DNA from: Lobosporangium transversale
Taxonomy: Eukaryota
DNA: 64,000 nucleotides
NCBI RefSeq assembly: GCF_002105155.1
Contig: NW_019029000.1
Span: forward strand, 124,001 to 188,000
Direction: 5' to 3'
Part shown: positions 63,167 to 64,000 of the stretch, piece after piece
Numbering within the stretch: the stretch's first letter is position 1
Layout of the letters: every line of letters begins with the position of its first letter
Notes under the pieces: model-generated
Told to the model about the DNA's origin: nothing
What the model saw: only the letters and a program-made list of their open reading frames with translations
Databases searched by the model: none
Made by a program: the position numbers and the translations under genes

Positions 63167-63822
63167 GTAAGAAAAGAAAATAATATATATTTTTGAGTTT
63201 AGAGAGAGAGAGAGGAGGGAAGCACACAGACCACTCAGGACGCGTAAAAGGAAATGGTGGTACAAAAGAAAATCGCAAGAGAGACACGGGTATTTTTTTT
63301 TTTTTTTTCCTCCAGTCGAGTCAGTCCAGGAAAGAGAGAAGAAGAAAGGGACAAATATTCCATTCACATGAAAGAAAAAGAAAAGAAGAAAAGAAGGAAA
63401 AAAAAAAAAAAAAAAAAAAAAAGAGAGATGCGGAAAGAAATGAAAAAGCGTGCTAAAAGGAGAAAAATGCAGGTGTTGAGAAATCAATGAGCATTGAAGC
63501 TCTTTCGCTTTTTTATGGTCTGCATGGTAAATTAACAATTAAGGAGTTGCAAAAGAGACTTAGAAAGCACTAGGGGTTTGTTTTTTTGTTTTATAAGAGA
63601 TTTTCTAATACAGATTTGTTTTGGAGTTTAAAATATTCATATTCATAATATGTCGAGTGAATGAGCATTGGGATGAGATGGGATGGGATGGGATGGTGTG
63701 CAACAGCACCGAACAGGGATTAGCGATTTGTAGCAGATTAAAAAAGATATGCATATGGCTCTTTTTTGAACAAGCCATTCTCTCTTCCGCAAGCTTACCC
63801 CGAAAGAAGATGATGGGGAGAT

Positions 63823-63823
<1 letters not shown>

Positions 63824-63853
<30 letters not shown>
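63824..63853. repeat. (GA)n microsatellite
   Basis: Perfect GA run of about 14 units. Confidence 0.9.
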
Positions 63854-63860
<7 letters not shown>

Positions 63861-64000
63861 TGAAGTGAGCGAGCAAAAAAAAGTCCTTTCAGGTTTGAAA
63901 AAGTTAGTAGAAAAGGGATTGAAGGAGCAAAGAGCGAAAGAGCATTCATTGTTACACTGCCTTTAGGATAAGATGCCCTTTTTACTTTCTTCCCCCCTGC

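Noticed and set aside
1..64000. CRISPR arrays, tRNA or rRNA genes
   Set aside because: No repeat-spacer arrays, cloverleafs or rRNA motifs seen by eye.

Overview
Intron-rich eukaryotic DNA from an early-diverging fungus; Mortierellaceae-like is my inference from gene content and intron style. Recognisable spliced genes are ADP/ATP carrier, Mbp1/Res-type APSES-ankyrin factor, TLS1/C9orf78, R3HCC1L-like, PEN-2, Cdc4, Ted1-like phosphoesterase, BORCS5-like, SMAP-domain protein, CHO1, VPS39, eIF3b, STE7-type MAPKK and a RING-H2 ligase. Decayed mobile DNA lies between them: a Crypton (tyrosine recombinase), an internally deleted Tc1/mariner element, two MITEs and two PD-(D/E)xK nuclease pseudogenes. 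The most notable signal is a degenerate gene at 9.4-11.6 kb that appears to join an N-terminal XPG/FEN1-type PIN nuclease to a C-terminal Fanzor/TnpB RuvC-zinc-finger module. A second Fanzor remnant at 47.2-48.0 kb is largely absent from the ORF track, and there may be a third PIN remnant near 33 kb. Exon boundaries were read by eye and family calls come from remembered motifs, not database searches.
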